From the NCBI GenBank assembly GCA_963833425.1, contig CAWHXP010000008.1, positions 404,578-468,577 of the forward strand: a stretch of DNA of 64,000 nucleotides, read 5' to 3'. This DNA comes from an uncultured Methanosarcinaceae archaeon (GTDB lineage: Archaea > Halobacteriota > Methanosarcinia > Methanosarcinales > Methanosarcinaceae). Below the pieces are notes generated by a model. The model did no database searches and had not been told where the DNA came from. It saw only the letters and a program-made list of their open reading frames with translations. Shown piece by piece: positions 10,572 through 22,275 of this stretch (positions within the stretch are counted from its first letter, which is position 1; each line of letters opens with the position of its first letter). The translations under genes and the position numbers were made by a program.

Positions 10572-11465
10572 TTAAATTTCTAGGCCGTTGTTCTTCCTAT
10601 CTGGTTTGAATCTGGAGTGCTGCAAGTCCAAAATTTCTCTCAAAACTGCAGGTATTCCCTCTACAATATCCTCGGCAATCAATCCGGGGCCGTTCAGTGT
10701 GGCAATCCGCCCGTGTATCCATGCGGAGGCAGCAGCAGCCTGAAAAATCGGCATTTTTTGCGCGACAAGGCCGAGAATCATCCCCGCCAGAACATCACCC
10801 GCGCCTGCCGTTGCAAGCCACGGCGGAGCGTTATGGTTAACTTGGGCGTCACCATTGGGAGAAGCGATAACTGTTTTGGCCCCCTTCAACAAAACAATGC
10901 ATCCGGCGCGTTGAGCGGCGGCAAAGGCCCGCGAAGGTTTATCTCCATCTATCTCGCCGAACAATCGCATAAACTCGCCCTCGTGCGGAGTCAGCACGCA
11001 ATCGGTGTGCAAGGCTTGAAATAATATTTCCGGCGTGTCCGCAAAATTGGTCAATCCGTCCGCATCCACCACCGTCGGACGCTTGGCTGCCAAAGCCATC
11101 ATAACTTCTGCTTTTTGCGCGGAACCAAGGCCCAGACCAGGGCCTATTAGAAGAGCGGGCTTACGCTCATTGTCGACCAATAACTGCCACTCTTGCGCCG
11201 TGTCGCAGAGACGAACGATTACACTTTCCAGCGCCTCGGTGTAGATCGACAAAGCGACTGCTGGAGAGGCTAGCGTCACGAGTCCAGCGCCAACGCGTTG
11301 CGCTTTGCGGGCTGCTAAACGCGCCGCTCCTGTCATAACCGCTCCCCCGCGGATTAATGCTGTGCCTCGGCTGTACTTATGGCTGTCGGCTTGAGGAAAA
11401 GGAAAAAGACTTTTCCAGACTTCTGGCGTGTTTTCATAGACCCTGCTCGGCGAACGGGCATTCAT
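10572..11465 (-). CDS. nnrD: ADP/ATP-dependent NAD(P)H-hydrate dehydratase (YjeF C-terminal domain only)
   Basis: HKYSRG, GAARLAA, IGPGLG, VVDADGL, LTPHEGEF and LATAGAGDVLAG. Confidence 0.93.
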   Translation of the reverse strand: MNARSPSRVYENTPEVWKSLFPFPQADSHKYSRGTALIRGGAVMTGAARLAARKAQRVGAGLVTLASPAVALSIYTEALESVIVRLCDTAQEWQLLVDNERKPALLIGPGLGLGSAQKAEVMMALAAKRPTVVDADGLTNFADTPEILFQALHTDCVLTPHEGEFMRLFGEIDGDKPSRAFAAAQRAGCIVLLKGAKTVIASPNGDAQVNHNAPPWLATAGAGDVLAGMILGLVAQKMPIFQAAAASAWIHGRIATLNGPGLIAEDIVEGIPAVLREILDLQHSRFKPDRKNNGLEI

Positions 11466-11864
11466 TTTTCTCGTCAGATTTTTCTTCAGCTTTTGGTCTG
11501 CCTCATAAAACTATTTTGTTTAAATAATGAACTTAAAAATGATACGGAAAAATTTTCAATCAATTGAGATATCAATTTCAGTAAGTTTGTCTCCAGCTTA
11601 CTAAAGAGATTTCATTCTTCTTTAAGAACAAAATCAGGAAGAGTTTTCATTAGTATAAATTATTTTTAAGATATTACAGCTTTCAAATACTTAAATACGT
11701 AGGAATTTATCGGAATTCTCTATAGTATGTAGATGCATCTCTTTAACTTTTTTATTTTCCCCATGTCTTCAGTTTCTTTTTGATTATCGTTGTCAAATTC
11801 GTTCATGCCTAAACTTAATCATTGTAATACTTTTAGATATGCACTTATTTATTATAGATAGTAG

Positions 11865-12066
11865 CCACAGATTTTCGCACAAAAACGGTGCATTTTTTCA
11901 GTTTTAGTCGAAATTATAAGACATTTTTGATTAAATTTGAGAAATTTATATTTAACTTTTGATAAAAAAATTAGTATTAGTTCCCGTCTTTTAAAATCAA
12001 TATCTTGAGGATTTATTAATATTTGCTTACGTTTTTCCTTCTAAAGTTTGCAATCCGAAACTGTGG
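11865..12066. mobile_element. Possible ~200-bp MITE or IS remnant
   Basis: Imperfect inverted ends CCACAGATTTTCGCA ... TGCAATCCGAAACTGTGG enclose an AT-rich noncoding interior. Confidence 0.35.
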
Positions 12067-12272
12067 ACTCCGCATGGAAAACGCTCAATATATAGGGATT
12101 ATTATTAGTTATTAAATTCTTGAAGTGAAGCTTTGAAAAAAACTAGGTATTATACGCGTTTTATTGTTGATTACATTTGTCTTCGTATCCATCTGCATAG
12201 CCAATAAAGAAAGCGCATCCACTAGTAAAAGTGAAGCTTGAAAATCATCTGTTGGATCAGTACATTTAGAGC

Positions 12273-14801
12273 TCAAAATTTTGTTCTTTTGTAAAAAAAT
12301 GTCTTTATTATTTCAGCTGCAAGAATGTATAGCCCTACTATAATCCCAATTATTAAGATAACTGAAATTGGAAGTGGTTTGAAGCCAAGCGGGGCTGCAA
12401 AAGAAGTAAATGGAATGCAAAGTGTCAAGACACATGTCAGGAGGGTGGCTACTAGTAGGTATTTCCCAGGTTTGCTTCTGAAGAAAGGTTTTCTGCTCCT
12501 AATTACCAGAACTATCATGGATGCTGAAATAACGGATTCAACAAACCAGCCAGTTCTGAATTGCTCTGTCATACCTGGTAGGAGGAAGAGTAGAACACCG
12601 AAAGTCAAATAGTCAAATACAGAACTTGTAATGCCAAATACCATCATAAACTTGCGGATGAAACCTATATCCCAGCGGTGTGGCTCTTCGATCAATTCCT
12701 TATCCACAGAATCCGTAGCTATAGTCATCTCCGGAAAATCAGTTAATAAATTGGTTAGTAGAATCTGCGTGGGCAACAGAGGTAGAAAAGGCAGGAAAAG
12801 TGATGCTCCTGCCATGCTGAACATGTTCCCAAAATTGGCACTGGTAGCCATGAAGACATACTTCAGGGTGTTGGCAAAGGTTTTTCGTCCGCCCTTTACC
12901 CCCGCAACAAGAGCATCCAGGCTTTTTTCTAGCAGCACAATATCTGCAGCTTCTTTTGCAACGTCTGCAGCACTATCAACAGAGATTCCTACATCTGCTG
13001 CATGAAGAGCAGATGCATCATTGATGCCGTCTCCTATAAATCCAACGACATTTCCGCTTTTCTTGAGAGCAAGAATAATATGCTCTTTCTGATTAGGCTC
13101 TACCTCAGCAAAGATATCAGTATCTTTTGTCTGCTTTATCAAGGCTTCACTGCTCATCTTATCAAGTTCGCTTCCGGTTATAACTCTGGAGTTCTTAAGC
13201 CCGATCTCCCTGCTGATACTGGCAGCTACATATTTATTGTCTCCGGTGATCACTTTCAGAGAAATTCCAAGTTTTTCCATGTTTTCTATCGTATTCATAA
13301 TCCCCTGCTTAGGGGGATCAGAAAAGAAAAGAAATCCCAGAAAAGTCATATCGATTTCATTCTCCTTTCCTATAACCTTCTGCTGTCCCATTTCCCTGTA
13401 CGAAATCCCAAGAGTACGAAGCCCTTTTTCACTGAACTCTTCAAATTGCTGCTCAATTGTTTTCTTCAAATCTGAAATTTCTACGATCTCTCCAGGTTCA
13501 ACCTCTGCTGAGGAGCAAATTTCAAGAATATTCTTGAGAGCGCCTTTAGTAATCATAAGATTCATATTGCTTTTCGAGACAAGGATGCTCAATCTTTTGC
13601 GCAAGAAATCATAAGGGATTTCATCCAGTTTCTCATACTGGGCCAGATCAAATTTATTCTGTTCGAGAATTGCCCTATCGATTGAGTTTTCAAAGCCTTT
13701 CTGGTAAGAGGCATTAAGGCTGGCATAAAGGAGGACTTTTTCATTCTGATTTCCTTTGAGATCCTGAGAAGAGTGAAGTTGCAGCTCTCCTTCGGTCAGA
13801 GTGCCGGTCTTGTCGGAGCAGAGCAAATTCATGCTTCCAAGGTTTTCAATGGAAGCTAGTCTCTTGACGATAACTTTCTTTTTCGCCATCTCTCTTGCTC
13901 CGTGGGAAAGATTAACGCTGATGATTGCAGGAAGGAGTTGAGGAGTCAGTCCAACTGCAAGAGCAAGCGAGAAGAGAAAAGATTCCAGAATCGGGCGCTT
14001 AAGATATACATTGATCACAAATACAGCTAATACCATCAGCATCGTAACGTCCATCAGGAAATGTCCAAAATTTGAAATTCCTTTTTCAAATTCTGTTTCC
14101 GGGGGTCTGAGTTTTAATCTCTCTGATATTTTTCCAAACTCAGTTTCCTTCCCTGTGGAAACTGCCAGCACTTTTCCGCTACCACTGACTACACTGGTCC
14201 CCATCCAGAGAGAATTTGTGCGCTTCGCGAGAGGGGTTTCTGCGTTCAGCACTCCGGCTACTTTTTCTACTGGATAGGTCTCTCCTGTGAGAGTCGCTTC
14301 ACTAACAAACAGATCTTTTGATTCTAGAATTAGACAATCTGCAGGTATAATATCTCCAGCGTTGAAGATTATTATATCTCCAGGAACAATCTCGTCCACA
14401 GAAATTTCTTTCTCTTCCCCATCTCTAAGCACAGCAGCCTTTATCTGCACCTGAGCCAGCAGTTTTTCAAAAGCGTCAGCAGCTCCTTTTTCCTGCCAGA
14501 AACTCAGCAGACCACTGATCAGGATAATAATTACAATAATTACAGTATCTGTGACATCTCCGAGAAAAAAAGAAAGTCCAGATGCAAAAATAAGGATAAG
14601 AGTAATTGGACTCTTAAATTGGGACAGCAGAAGTGTGAGGGTATCTGATCGTTTTTTTGGTTTAAGAATATTAGCTCCATACCTATTAAGACGTTCACGG
14701 ACTTCTGAACTTTTCAGACCATCAGTTGTTGTTTGGAGTTTTTTCAACATATCGGATGTAGAAATACTCCAGAATTCGAGCTTTTTCTCATCATTGACCA
14801 A
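12273..14801 (-). CDS. mgtA: Magnesium-translocating P-type ATPase
   Basis: LTGET, AVGLTPQLLP, CSDKTGTLT, TGDN, GDGINDA and SANFGNMFS. Confidence 0.93.
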   Translation of the reverse strand: MVNDEKKLEFWSISTSDMLKKLQTTTDGLKSSEVRERLNRYGANILKPKKRSDTLTLLLSQFKSPITLILIFASGLSFFLGDVTDTVIIVIIILISGLLSFWQEKGAADAFEKLLAQVQIKAAVLRDGEEKEISVDEIVPGDIIIFNAGDIIPADCLILESKDLFVSEATLTGETYPVEKVAGVLNAETPLAKRTNSLWMGTSVVSGSGKVLAVSTGKETEFGKISERLKLRPPETEFEKGISNFGHFLMDVTMLMVLAVFVINVYLKRPILESFLFSLALAVGLTPQLLPAIISVNLSHGAREMAKKKVIVKRLASIENLGSMNLLCSDKTGTLTEGELQLHSSQDLKGNQNEKVLLYASLNASYQKGFENSIDRAILEQNKFDLAQYEKLDEIPYDFLRKRLSILVSKSNMNLMITKGALKNILEICSSAEVEPGEIVEISDLKKTIEQQFEEFSEKGLRTLGISYREMGQQKVIGKENEIDMTFLGFLFFSDPPKQGIMNTIENMEKLGISLKVITGDNKYVAASISREIGLKNSRVITGSELDKMSSEALIKQTKDTDIFAEVEPNQKEHIILALKKSGNVVGFIGDGINDASALHAADVGISVDSAADVAKEAADIVLLEKSLDALVAGVKGGRKTFANTLKYVFMATSANFGNMFSMAGASLFLPFLPLLPTQILLTNLLTDFPEMTIATDSVDKELIEEPHRWDIGFIRKFMMVFGITSSVFDYLTFGVLLFLLPGMTEQFRTGWFVESVISASMIVLVIRSRKPFFRSKPGKYLLVATLLTCVLTLCIPFTSFAAPLGFKPLPISVILIIGIIVGLYILAAEIIKTFFYKRTKF

Positions 14802-15031
14802 TAAGCTGTCTCCTTATTTCTACTCGGTTACCGGTATATAGATAAGTTGCATTTTAGCATAGTGATCATTACTTTCACAAGCCTTTTGGATATTGACTGC
14901 ATTGAATTGAGGACTTTTTTACTTTTACAGAAAACTATGTGCATTGCCATTATTATCAATTTTAAAAAAAATAAAATATTTTACTAAAGAGTTTACTCCC
15001 TAGTAAAGCCTAATTTTGTTTTGGTCTAACT

Positions 15032-15520
15032 TCATTCTTCAGCAAAAGTTGCACGCAGCTTATCTTCTTCTTCCTTTGACAGGTTAGAGGCAATGAGTTC
15101 GAACTTTGTTTGTTTCATAGCTTCTACTACCTTATCTTCAACAGCGTCGCTAGTCATTAGAAACAAAGCTGAAGTGCCTTCAGTTACTTTGCTACGAATA
15201 GATTTTATGAAATCTTCATCAATTCCAATATGTTTCATTGAACCCACTACCGCACCTAACGCAGCCCCAGCGACCAAGCCTAATAAAGGAATGAAAAATA
15301 TCAAGCCAAATAACATACCCCAAAAAGCACCACTCAGTGCACCTATACCGGCTAAATCAGTCAAATGTTTTGTTTTTGGTTTCTTTTTTCCCACAGGCCA
15401 GGTGACTATAGCTGCATCTTGTAGTTCAATCAGTTGTTTCTTACTTAAATTTTCAATTATTTCAAGTTCATTTTCGGCACCTTTAGTGGTGTCAAACTTA
15501 AGAACTGTTAAAGTTGTCAT
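15032..15520 (-). CDS. DUF1269 family membrane protein
   Basis: LQDAAIVTWP, a glycine-zipper GALSGAFWGMLFG, and GIDEDFIK...GTSALF. Confidence 0.88.
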   Translation of the reverse strand: MTTLTVLKFDTTKGAENELEIIENLSKKQLIELQDAAIVTWPVGKKKPKTKHLTDLAGIGALSGAFWGMLFGLIFFIPLLGLVAGAALGAVVGSMKHIGIDEDFIKSIRSKVTEGTSALFLMTSDAVEDKVVEAMKQTKFELIASNLSKEEEDKLRATFAEE

Positions 15521-15721
15521 TACACAATCTCCTTTTCTGCTTCACATTTATTTCTAGGTTGGTTTACCGTACCATCCGTTGTATAGATTTTCTTACTAGA
15601 TATTATTTAAAAATAATTACTTGCCTAATTGTATATTGTGACTTTTACCGAATTAACTAAATAAAGTGAGCAATATTGGTTGGAGGACACATAAACAGAA
15701 AAATAAATGTGAACTCAGAAA

Positions 15722-16110
15722 AGGAGATTAAGAATTGCAATTTTAAGTTCTTAAATTTGACGCCACTTATGGTGCCGAAAATGAACTTGGATTAATTGAG
15801 GAGGATTTCGATAAACCTCTGATTTCAACAAATTGCTTATATACCTTTTATAAACTATTGCCAAAAAGTGGGGTTTATCTAAATAGTCTGAGAATTTAAG
15901 TAACAACAAATGATAAATGACCCATTTGGGTATTAATAAAGATTTCATAAAATGTATCCGCAGCAAGGTAACTGAAGGCACATAAGCTCTCTTTCTTATG
16001 ATAAGTGATGCCGTAGAGGATAGAGTAGTAGAAGCTGTGAAACAATCCAAGTTTGAACTCATCGCTTCTAATCTGTCAAAGGAAAAAGAAGAAAAGTTGC
16101 GTGTAACTTT
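15722..16110 (+). pseudogene. Degenerate divergent paralogue of the DUF1269 gene with a MITE insertion and an internal deletion
   Basis: VLKFDATYGAENEL... and IRSKVTEGT*ALFLMISDAVEDRVVEAVKQSKFELIASNLSKEKEEKLRVTFAE match the neighbouring gene. Confidence 0.85.
15801..15888. mobile_element. 88-bp MITE with IS5-type ends and a TGAG target duplication
   Basis: GAGGATTTCGATAAACC ... GGTTTATCTAAATAGTC, with TGAG on both sides. Confidence 0.8.
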
Positions 16111-16292
16111 TGCAGAATATAAAGTTCGCTAAATGAATAATGGTTATATCAGGGAATGAACTATTTGAAATCATTTTAGATTTTTTAGAATTGATGCTAA
16201 AGGTAATGCGCATATTTTTCTGTATTATCGCAATTTGAATCCCGAATGACGGGAACAACTCTTTTTTAAAAAATATCCGTAGCACGATCAAA

Positions 16293-17057
16293 TTGGAGAA
16301 AACAAAGATGTATGTACCACGGAAACCATGGCATGTTTCACTGGTAATATTTGCATTTTGGATGAGTTTCATAGTTGTAGGAGGACTTTTAGAGATTAAG
16401 GGGCATCACATTCAACTTGAAAAATTGGTTGAAAGACAAATCATGCTTGGGGAGCTAGTTGAAATTGTCTTTTTGACTGGATTTATTACTTATTTGAGAT
16501 GGTGGCCTAAAGTTGGGTGGAAAAGGCAAAATAATTTGCGAGATTTACGCTTGTTGTGGCCACCGACCCTATCGCTTCTATTCATGCTACTGATCGTATT
16601 ATATGCAAATCTACCCTCAACAAGGGTTCTTTTGATTGTAATCACCAATACATTGATGGTAGGAATCAGCGAGGAATTGATGTTTCGTGGCATCTTGTTC
16701 TATGGAGCTTCATCATCATTCGGGATCTGGCGTGCAGTATGGATCACAGCAATTATTTTTGGTTTAGTCCATATATTGAACAGCTTAATCACCGGAGATT
16801 TTGGAGCGAGCATACTACAGGCTTTTTTTGCAGGTACGTTTGGTATCTGGACTGCAGCTTTGCGAATCCGTCTAAACACAATTATTCCGGTAATCATAAT
16901 TCATTGGTAGTGGGATTGTCTGTCATTCCTGGCAAATTCCATCTGGGATCTAGCATTGCTTCCTCTCTCTCTGTTGCTTTTCATTTATGGTCTCTGGTTA
17001 TTACAAAATTATCAACGCGGAGAAATCGAATTTCTAAGCAATCAGGAAGCTAGTTAG
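16293..17057 (+). CDS. CPBP (CAAX/Abi) intramembrane metalloprotease interrupted by one in-frame TAG at 16908-16910
   Basis: SEELMFRG, FGLVH and H-W-*-W-D. The frame stays open with a hydrophobic segment to 17057. Confidence 0.8.
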
Positions 17058-17322
17058 TCATTATCTGAGTGCTCACCAACCCGGCCAGTAAATGTTGTTA
17101 TTGTTGGTCACGCCGTGCAACAGTTGATGCAAACGGCGTCACCAACTGGTATTCAACTATATCAGAAGACTTCACGCTAATCTATCACGTTACTCGACAT
17201 ATTGTACCGATTAAGGATGACAAGCTCTTATAAGCGCGGAAACAATTTTCCCCCTCTGTGACAAACGGAACATGAGAAATTCAACTGACTGAATAAGATA
17301 AACGATTGCATAAAGAGAAAAT

Positions 17323-18220
17323 CATGGACACCACAACGGAAATCCAGCCACCTATACCACGGGCTCGGCAAAATGCCTGGCTAAAAGTTTTAGCCATTGC
17401 GGTAGATTTCTATATTCTCTTGCTGGCAGCCTTGCTACTACCGGATAATTCAAATCTGTTCCCAAACTTGGTGATGGTCTGCGCTTTACGGTTCCCGTAG
17501 CCTACGTAGCGTTTTTTTACGAGCGCAGGTATTTAAGCCAACTGACATTGTTAACGGTCGCACAGGTTTTCATGCTTGGAGGACTGCTAGGGATCTTAGC
17601 CGATTCTCTTCTGGAACCATTTTTATCCGCCACTTGGATTCTATCTCTATTCTAAAAGTAGGGTCGATATAGGAATTTGCCAAATTCCTAGGAGTACTGC
17701 TGATTACACGCTACTTGAGGAGTGAGTCGGAAATGGACGGTTTGATCTTGGACGCAGCGGTTTGAATGGGATTTGCGGCCCTGGAAAGCAACGGTTATGC
17801 CTTTACAGCCTTCTTGATAAGCAATGGAAGTATTTCAACAACAGTGATAATGACCTTGATCCGCGGTCTGCTTTCCCCACTCTGGCAAGGAACCTGGACG
17901 GCGATTTTATTAAACGTGCTGTTCAGGGAAAGCAGGAATTGGCGATTCCGGATTAATCTACAAGTAATTGCCGCTTACATTTTCGTTTCAGTTCTGCATG
18001 CAATGTGGGATTGGCTGCCGCAGATAATTACTCCCATATTTGGTCATGGTTAGATGTGATCATTGCCGAGAGCGTAGTCGGTATTGTTGGATTAGTTGTT
18101 CTCTGGTTGCGCCGGAGAGAAGCGATCAGGTTGCAAATTTTTTTCCATCAGAAACAGAACACATTAGTACCTAAAAGAAAAAATATAGGAAGTTGGAACA
18201 TCAACACAAAATTGTTATAA
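17323..18220 (+). pseudogene. PrsW family intramembrane protease, fragmented
   Basis: Fragments MGFAALESNGY, RGLLSPLWQGTWT and LHAMWD lie in several frames. Confidence 0.8.
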
Positions 18221-19343
18221 ATATACATAAGGTTCAGGATATAAAGTCAAATATGACAAATCGCATTATTGTCGAGGGCAAGATTAGCAGAATGCTAATA
18301 CTTCTTTAACTTGGATAGACCTTGATGGATGCAGTCTAAACTGCGTGTTTCTACAGACTAAGACATTAAAAAATAATGATTTAAATGGGCAGAAGAACCG
18401 TCTAGTATTAAATCATAATTTTACAAATCAGATCTTAATTTTGGTAATCTTGTGATTCAATAAAGATTGCCTTTGGAATTATAGTAATGCTTAGTCTATT
18501 AATTTTTACACAAACTATATCTAATTAGGCTTGCCTTTCCAAAAAAGCATATCCATTTAGCAGCCAGTAATTTAGAGCCTCCGAAAAGTCACTAATGTTG
18601 TATATCTAAATTATGGTAGACTCATGATATTGAGTAGCTGCACTGATTGTGCAAATTGTCGTTTGTGAAAGCTACAGTAAGTCACAACACTTGCTGATAA
18701 TATTTTAACAGGAATTGAATATGTTTTCGAAGTCTGATCCCAAATGAAAAAAGAGCAGGGCAAATTACTCATTTTAGGATGCTAATATGCAATTACCATC
18801 ATTTCCGTATCTTTAATAAGTAAATATTTTATTGAATCGTTTGCTAAAGGAACAAAGATAAAATAATGAGCTACTGTACCAAGGTATAATCAAGTGGTAA
18901 AAATGCAAGACCCGACTACCAACAATGGAGATTACACCTACAAATATTATATCCATTATTATGGTCATTAAAAGTATTCTGCTCAGTAAAGTTCAAAAAA
19001 AAATGACCTTTTTCTCTCACCATGAACGTAGCAAGAACTCCAGAGAAAATAGCGTCTCAAAAACAAAATTATTAAATTATGGTATTGTATTGGAATCCAA
19101 AATAAGGTAAGTAGAGATATTTTCGACAATTAAAGTTTTTTAAAATATAACAGGCTCTTTGTCTTTTCCTTTCATTGCAAAAAAACAGATAACGAACCTA
19201 TAGTCATGCTAACAAAGAAACTTATCAAAATTAAATGTAAAATTTGAAAAATAGAAATATTTTATGACAAATGTTGTTATCTCAGTAAAGGATGGTATTT
19301 ATTGATATTCTTGTGATGTTTTTAGAAATAATTATAAATTATA

Positions 19344-20472
19344 GAGGATTTCGATAAACTTCGGATTTTATTTCTTAGCAGGAATTTCTCAGATTTTCCC
19401 TCAATTTCTCTATTTAATTCCTCTTTTTGGCTTTACTTATTCTCAATTCTTTGATTTTAAAGATAGCTTCCGCTATTTTCAACATACTTTTTTTATTTTC
19501 AATTTCCTCAATTGATGGAGATTATAACAAAAAGCCGTACACAACATTTTTAGATTTACTCTTTTAACAGTAGTAACAAAAACTCTTCCTGCTTTGAAAA
19601 TTTCTTTCGTTACTGAATTGATTCTTTCCCGTTGAACTCTTTTTGAGCTAATTCTCTTATTTTTTAATATATCCTTTATTCCCAGCGAATGTCCTTTGAC
19701 TGCTCTTTTCATTGTTGCATTATACCTTTCGTTTTTGCTCCAAAGTATCCTCTGTCCCTATAAACCACTTCATTTTCCTCTGTCACATCTACATACGAAT
19801 CATGTACTGACGCAGTTGTTGTTTTGAATCTTCTGATTAGCTCATAATCTCTGTCTATTATATTATGAAGCTTATATCCAAAATGAGACTTACCTCCCTT
19901 TTTTGTCCATGTTCCGTCTCTGCTTCTTCTTGTTTTTGCCTCATCTCTCTGCTTTCGCATGTCCTGGATCTGAATGGATAAAAGTAGCATCCTGAATCAT
20001 TCCCTGCTTTATCTGTAAACCCAGAGTATCAAGTTGGCCTTGCAACTTTCCCCATATTTTCTTTGAAATTTTCGATAATTCTCTCCCTAAATAGCTATAC
20101 AGTAGTACTGTCAGGTATGTATTCAGGAAATCCAAGGAATTTCCTAAAAAAATTCGATCTATACACACTTTCTCAAGTTCAAAATCAGAGAGCCCATGCC
20201 ATTGTTGTAAAACAAGCATTTTGAACATCACAATGACATCAGTTTCAGGGCCCCCTCCTGAAACTGTTTTGTTAATATACATAGACTCAAGAATAACACG
20301 AAACGTTTTCCATCAATTAAGGAATCAATTTCAGCAAGCTTATCTCCAATAGATTCAAGACGTTTATACTCTTCTTTAATAGCAAAATCAGTAAGAGTTT
20401 TCATGAATATACATAAATATTGACAAATTTAAAGTCAACCATGCTCAAGAGCATGAGTTTATCGAAATTCTC
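19344..20472 (-). mobile_element. IS5-family element, copy 1, transposase disrupted
   Basis: TIRs GAGGATTTCGATAAA / TTTATCGAAATTCTC flanked by TATA. Fragments QDATFI, GYKLH and YRDRGY. Confidence 0.93.
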
Positions 20473-20559
20473 TATAGCTTAAAATTAAGTACTTTCATCA
20501 TGGAATATTTAATATTATTTAAAGAAGTGGATACTTTTGGGCGAGGAGTTATATAAATA

Positions 20560-20800
20560 AGAATCATAGCAAATTTTTGTTAATGTATCACATCATCTTT
20601 GCGTGTAAGTATCGGAAATAGATACTGGAACCAAGTGATTAAGAACTCAACCAGATAATTTATGACATCGAAATGGATGAGATTTTGAAATACTAGAAGT
20701 GGGAACGAACAAAGAACGCATCCATCTACTCGTTAAGAGCAGGCTAAAAGTCAGCAATCTTGCGATCATTCAAAAACAGAAACAAGGGACTACAATTTGT
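20560..20800 (+). pseudogene. tnpA: IS200 TnpA (Y1 HUH transposase) remnant
   Basis: FLLMYHIIFACKYRK* and FEILEVGTNKERIHLLVKSRLKVS. Confidence 0.7.
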
Positions 20801-21116
20801 CTATGAAATATTTTAAAAAAATTTAAAAAATCCTAATGAATAAGACATATACCATGGAGCGATGTATATTTCGCATGTTAGATCGGCAATGTAAGCAAAG
20901 AGGTAGCAGAAAATTACATACTGAACCGGAATTAGAGTCTACTCTTTTCTTTATATCTATAGATCTGAAGATTTAGCATTTTTACGTATTGTCTTCTAAG
21001 CGTAGGTAACCATGAAAACCGGAAGAACTTTTAGGTAGAAAGTGGTGTTTTTTGGTAATGCATCGCAAAGCCTCATAATTCAGACTGAAGTATTTATTGA
21101 ACAGTAGGTATAGACA

Positions 21117-21320
21117 ATGACCACTAATAAGACGGATGAAAAAACACAGTTCATAGTAATGGGCTATGTTTTGCAAGCTGTAATGAATGATCTCAAGGAT
21201 GCAGGTATTCATTTTGACCTTGGAGATAAATCAGATGGAATAAATGACTTTTTGCAGATTGTAATTATAGCGAAAAAAGATATGATTAGGACCGATGAGC
21301 TTCTGGCAAAGTACCAGTAA
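21117..21320 (+). CDS. Small hypothetical protein
   Basis: 67-aa ORF with AGGT upstream and plausible composition. Confidence 0.4.
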   Translation: MTTNKTDEKTQFIVMGYVLQAVMNDLKDAGIHFDLGDKSDGINDFLQIVIIAKKDMIRTDELLAKYQ

Positions 21321-21642
21321 GCTACCAATCCCTGCCACCAATGAGTCGAGCAATAACTTACGCAGAGGGCATATGCCAGTTGATTAGAAACACAGCTATT
21401 TTTAATCATGATCAAGCATTTTTGTTAAGATTATAAATAAATATTGACAGGTATACACAACGATTATCTGAGAGAAAACTTTTCCTGCTATTACTTGAAC
21501 TATTTTTATCTCGATCAATAACATTTCCATAGTCGCACTTATAGTTCTTTCAAAGAGAGGTATTTAGTTCTAGTTCAACAAATAAAACACTATTCGAAAT
21601 TATAACTTTCATTGATATAAAATTTTTACATATGGGTTTCAA

Positions 21643-22275
21643 TCATGAGCTAACAATTCGAAAAATGGGAAAGATCACTTTGATACTGAGTTGATGTGTT
21701 TCTGAGAACGCTTTCTCTTCCCTTTTTGTTGCATAGATTAAGCCCTTTTTGACTTTCAAATCCCCTATAATCAGAGTATTGGCTTTGGTATTAACAACAA
21801 TAATTCTGGAGAGTTTATGTTGTAAATCCTTTAACTGATAGTATTTTATTTTTCGTCTTTCTATAAGTCTCATGAAATGTAAGTTGCCTTATACTTTTTA
21901 ATAATCTTTTTTTATCCTTTACAATATCCCTTTGAAGCTTTATAGAACCTAATTTTGGTCGTCAATAATGATCTTATAAAAGTTTTTATTTCAAAGAATT
22001 TACCGTCGATATTTACAGCAGTTACTTCTTCGTAATGCCCAAATAGCTTAATAAATCATATTTATGTATTGAACAAAATGTTAGTTAATACGCACATTAA
22101 TTGCTCTGTTGATCTAGATTAGATTTCATATTTATGATATTAAATTTAGAACTATAATTATTTATATATATCCTACCTTATAAAAAAAATGGAAAATTGA
22201 CGATTCTCGTCTCTCGCTTACTACGTTGATTCGTATCGAGGAAATGGACTCTACGCCTCAGAGTTAAAGTCGGAA
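21643..22275 (-). mobile_element. tnpB: IS200/IS605 TnpB remnant and probable element end
   Basis: QLKDLQHKLSRIIVVNTKANTLIIGDLKVK and a TAVNIDGKF fragment. A GC-richer end-like sequence lies at 22200-22275. Confidence 0.65.

Noticed and set aside
12325..14841. Several plus-strand ORFs opposite mgtA (and similar shadows opposite glpX, sudA and apgM)
   Set aside because: They are antisense shadows of well-supported genes and contain no motifs.
21643..22050. Active TnpB or Cas12f-like RNA-guided nuclease
   Set aside because: Only short fragments remain, with multiple stops and no complete RuvC domain.
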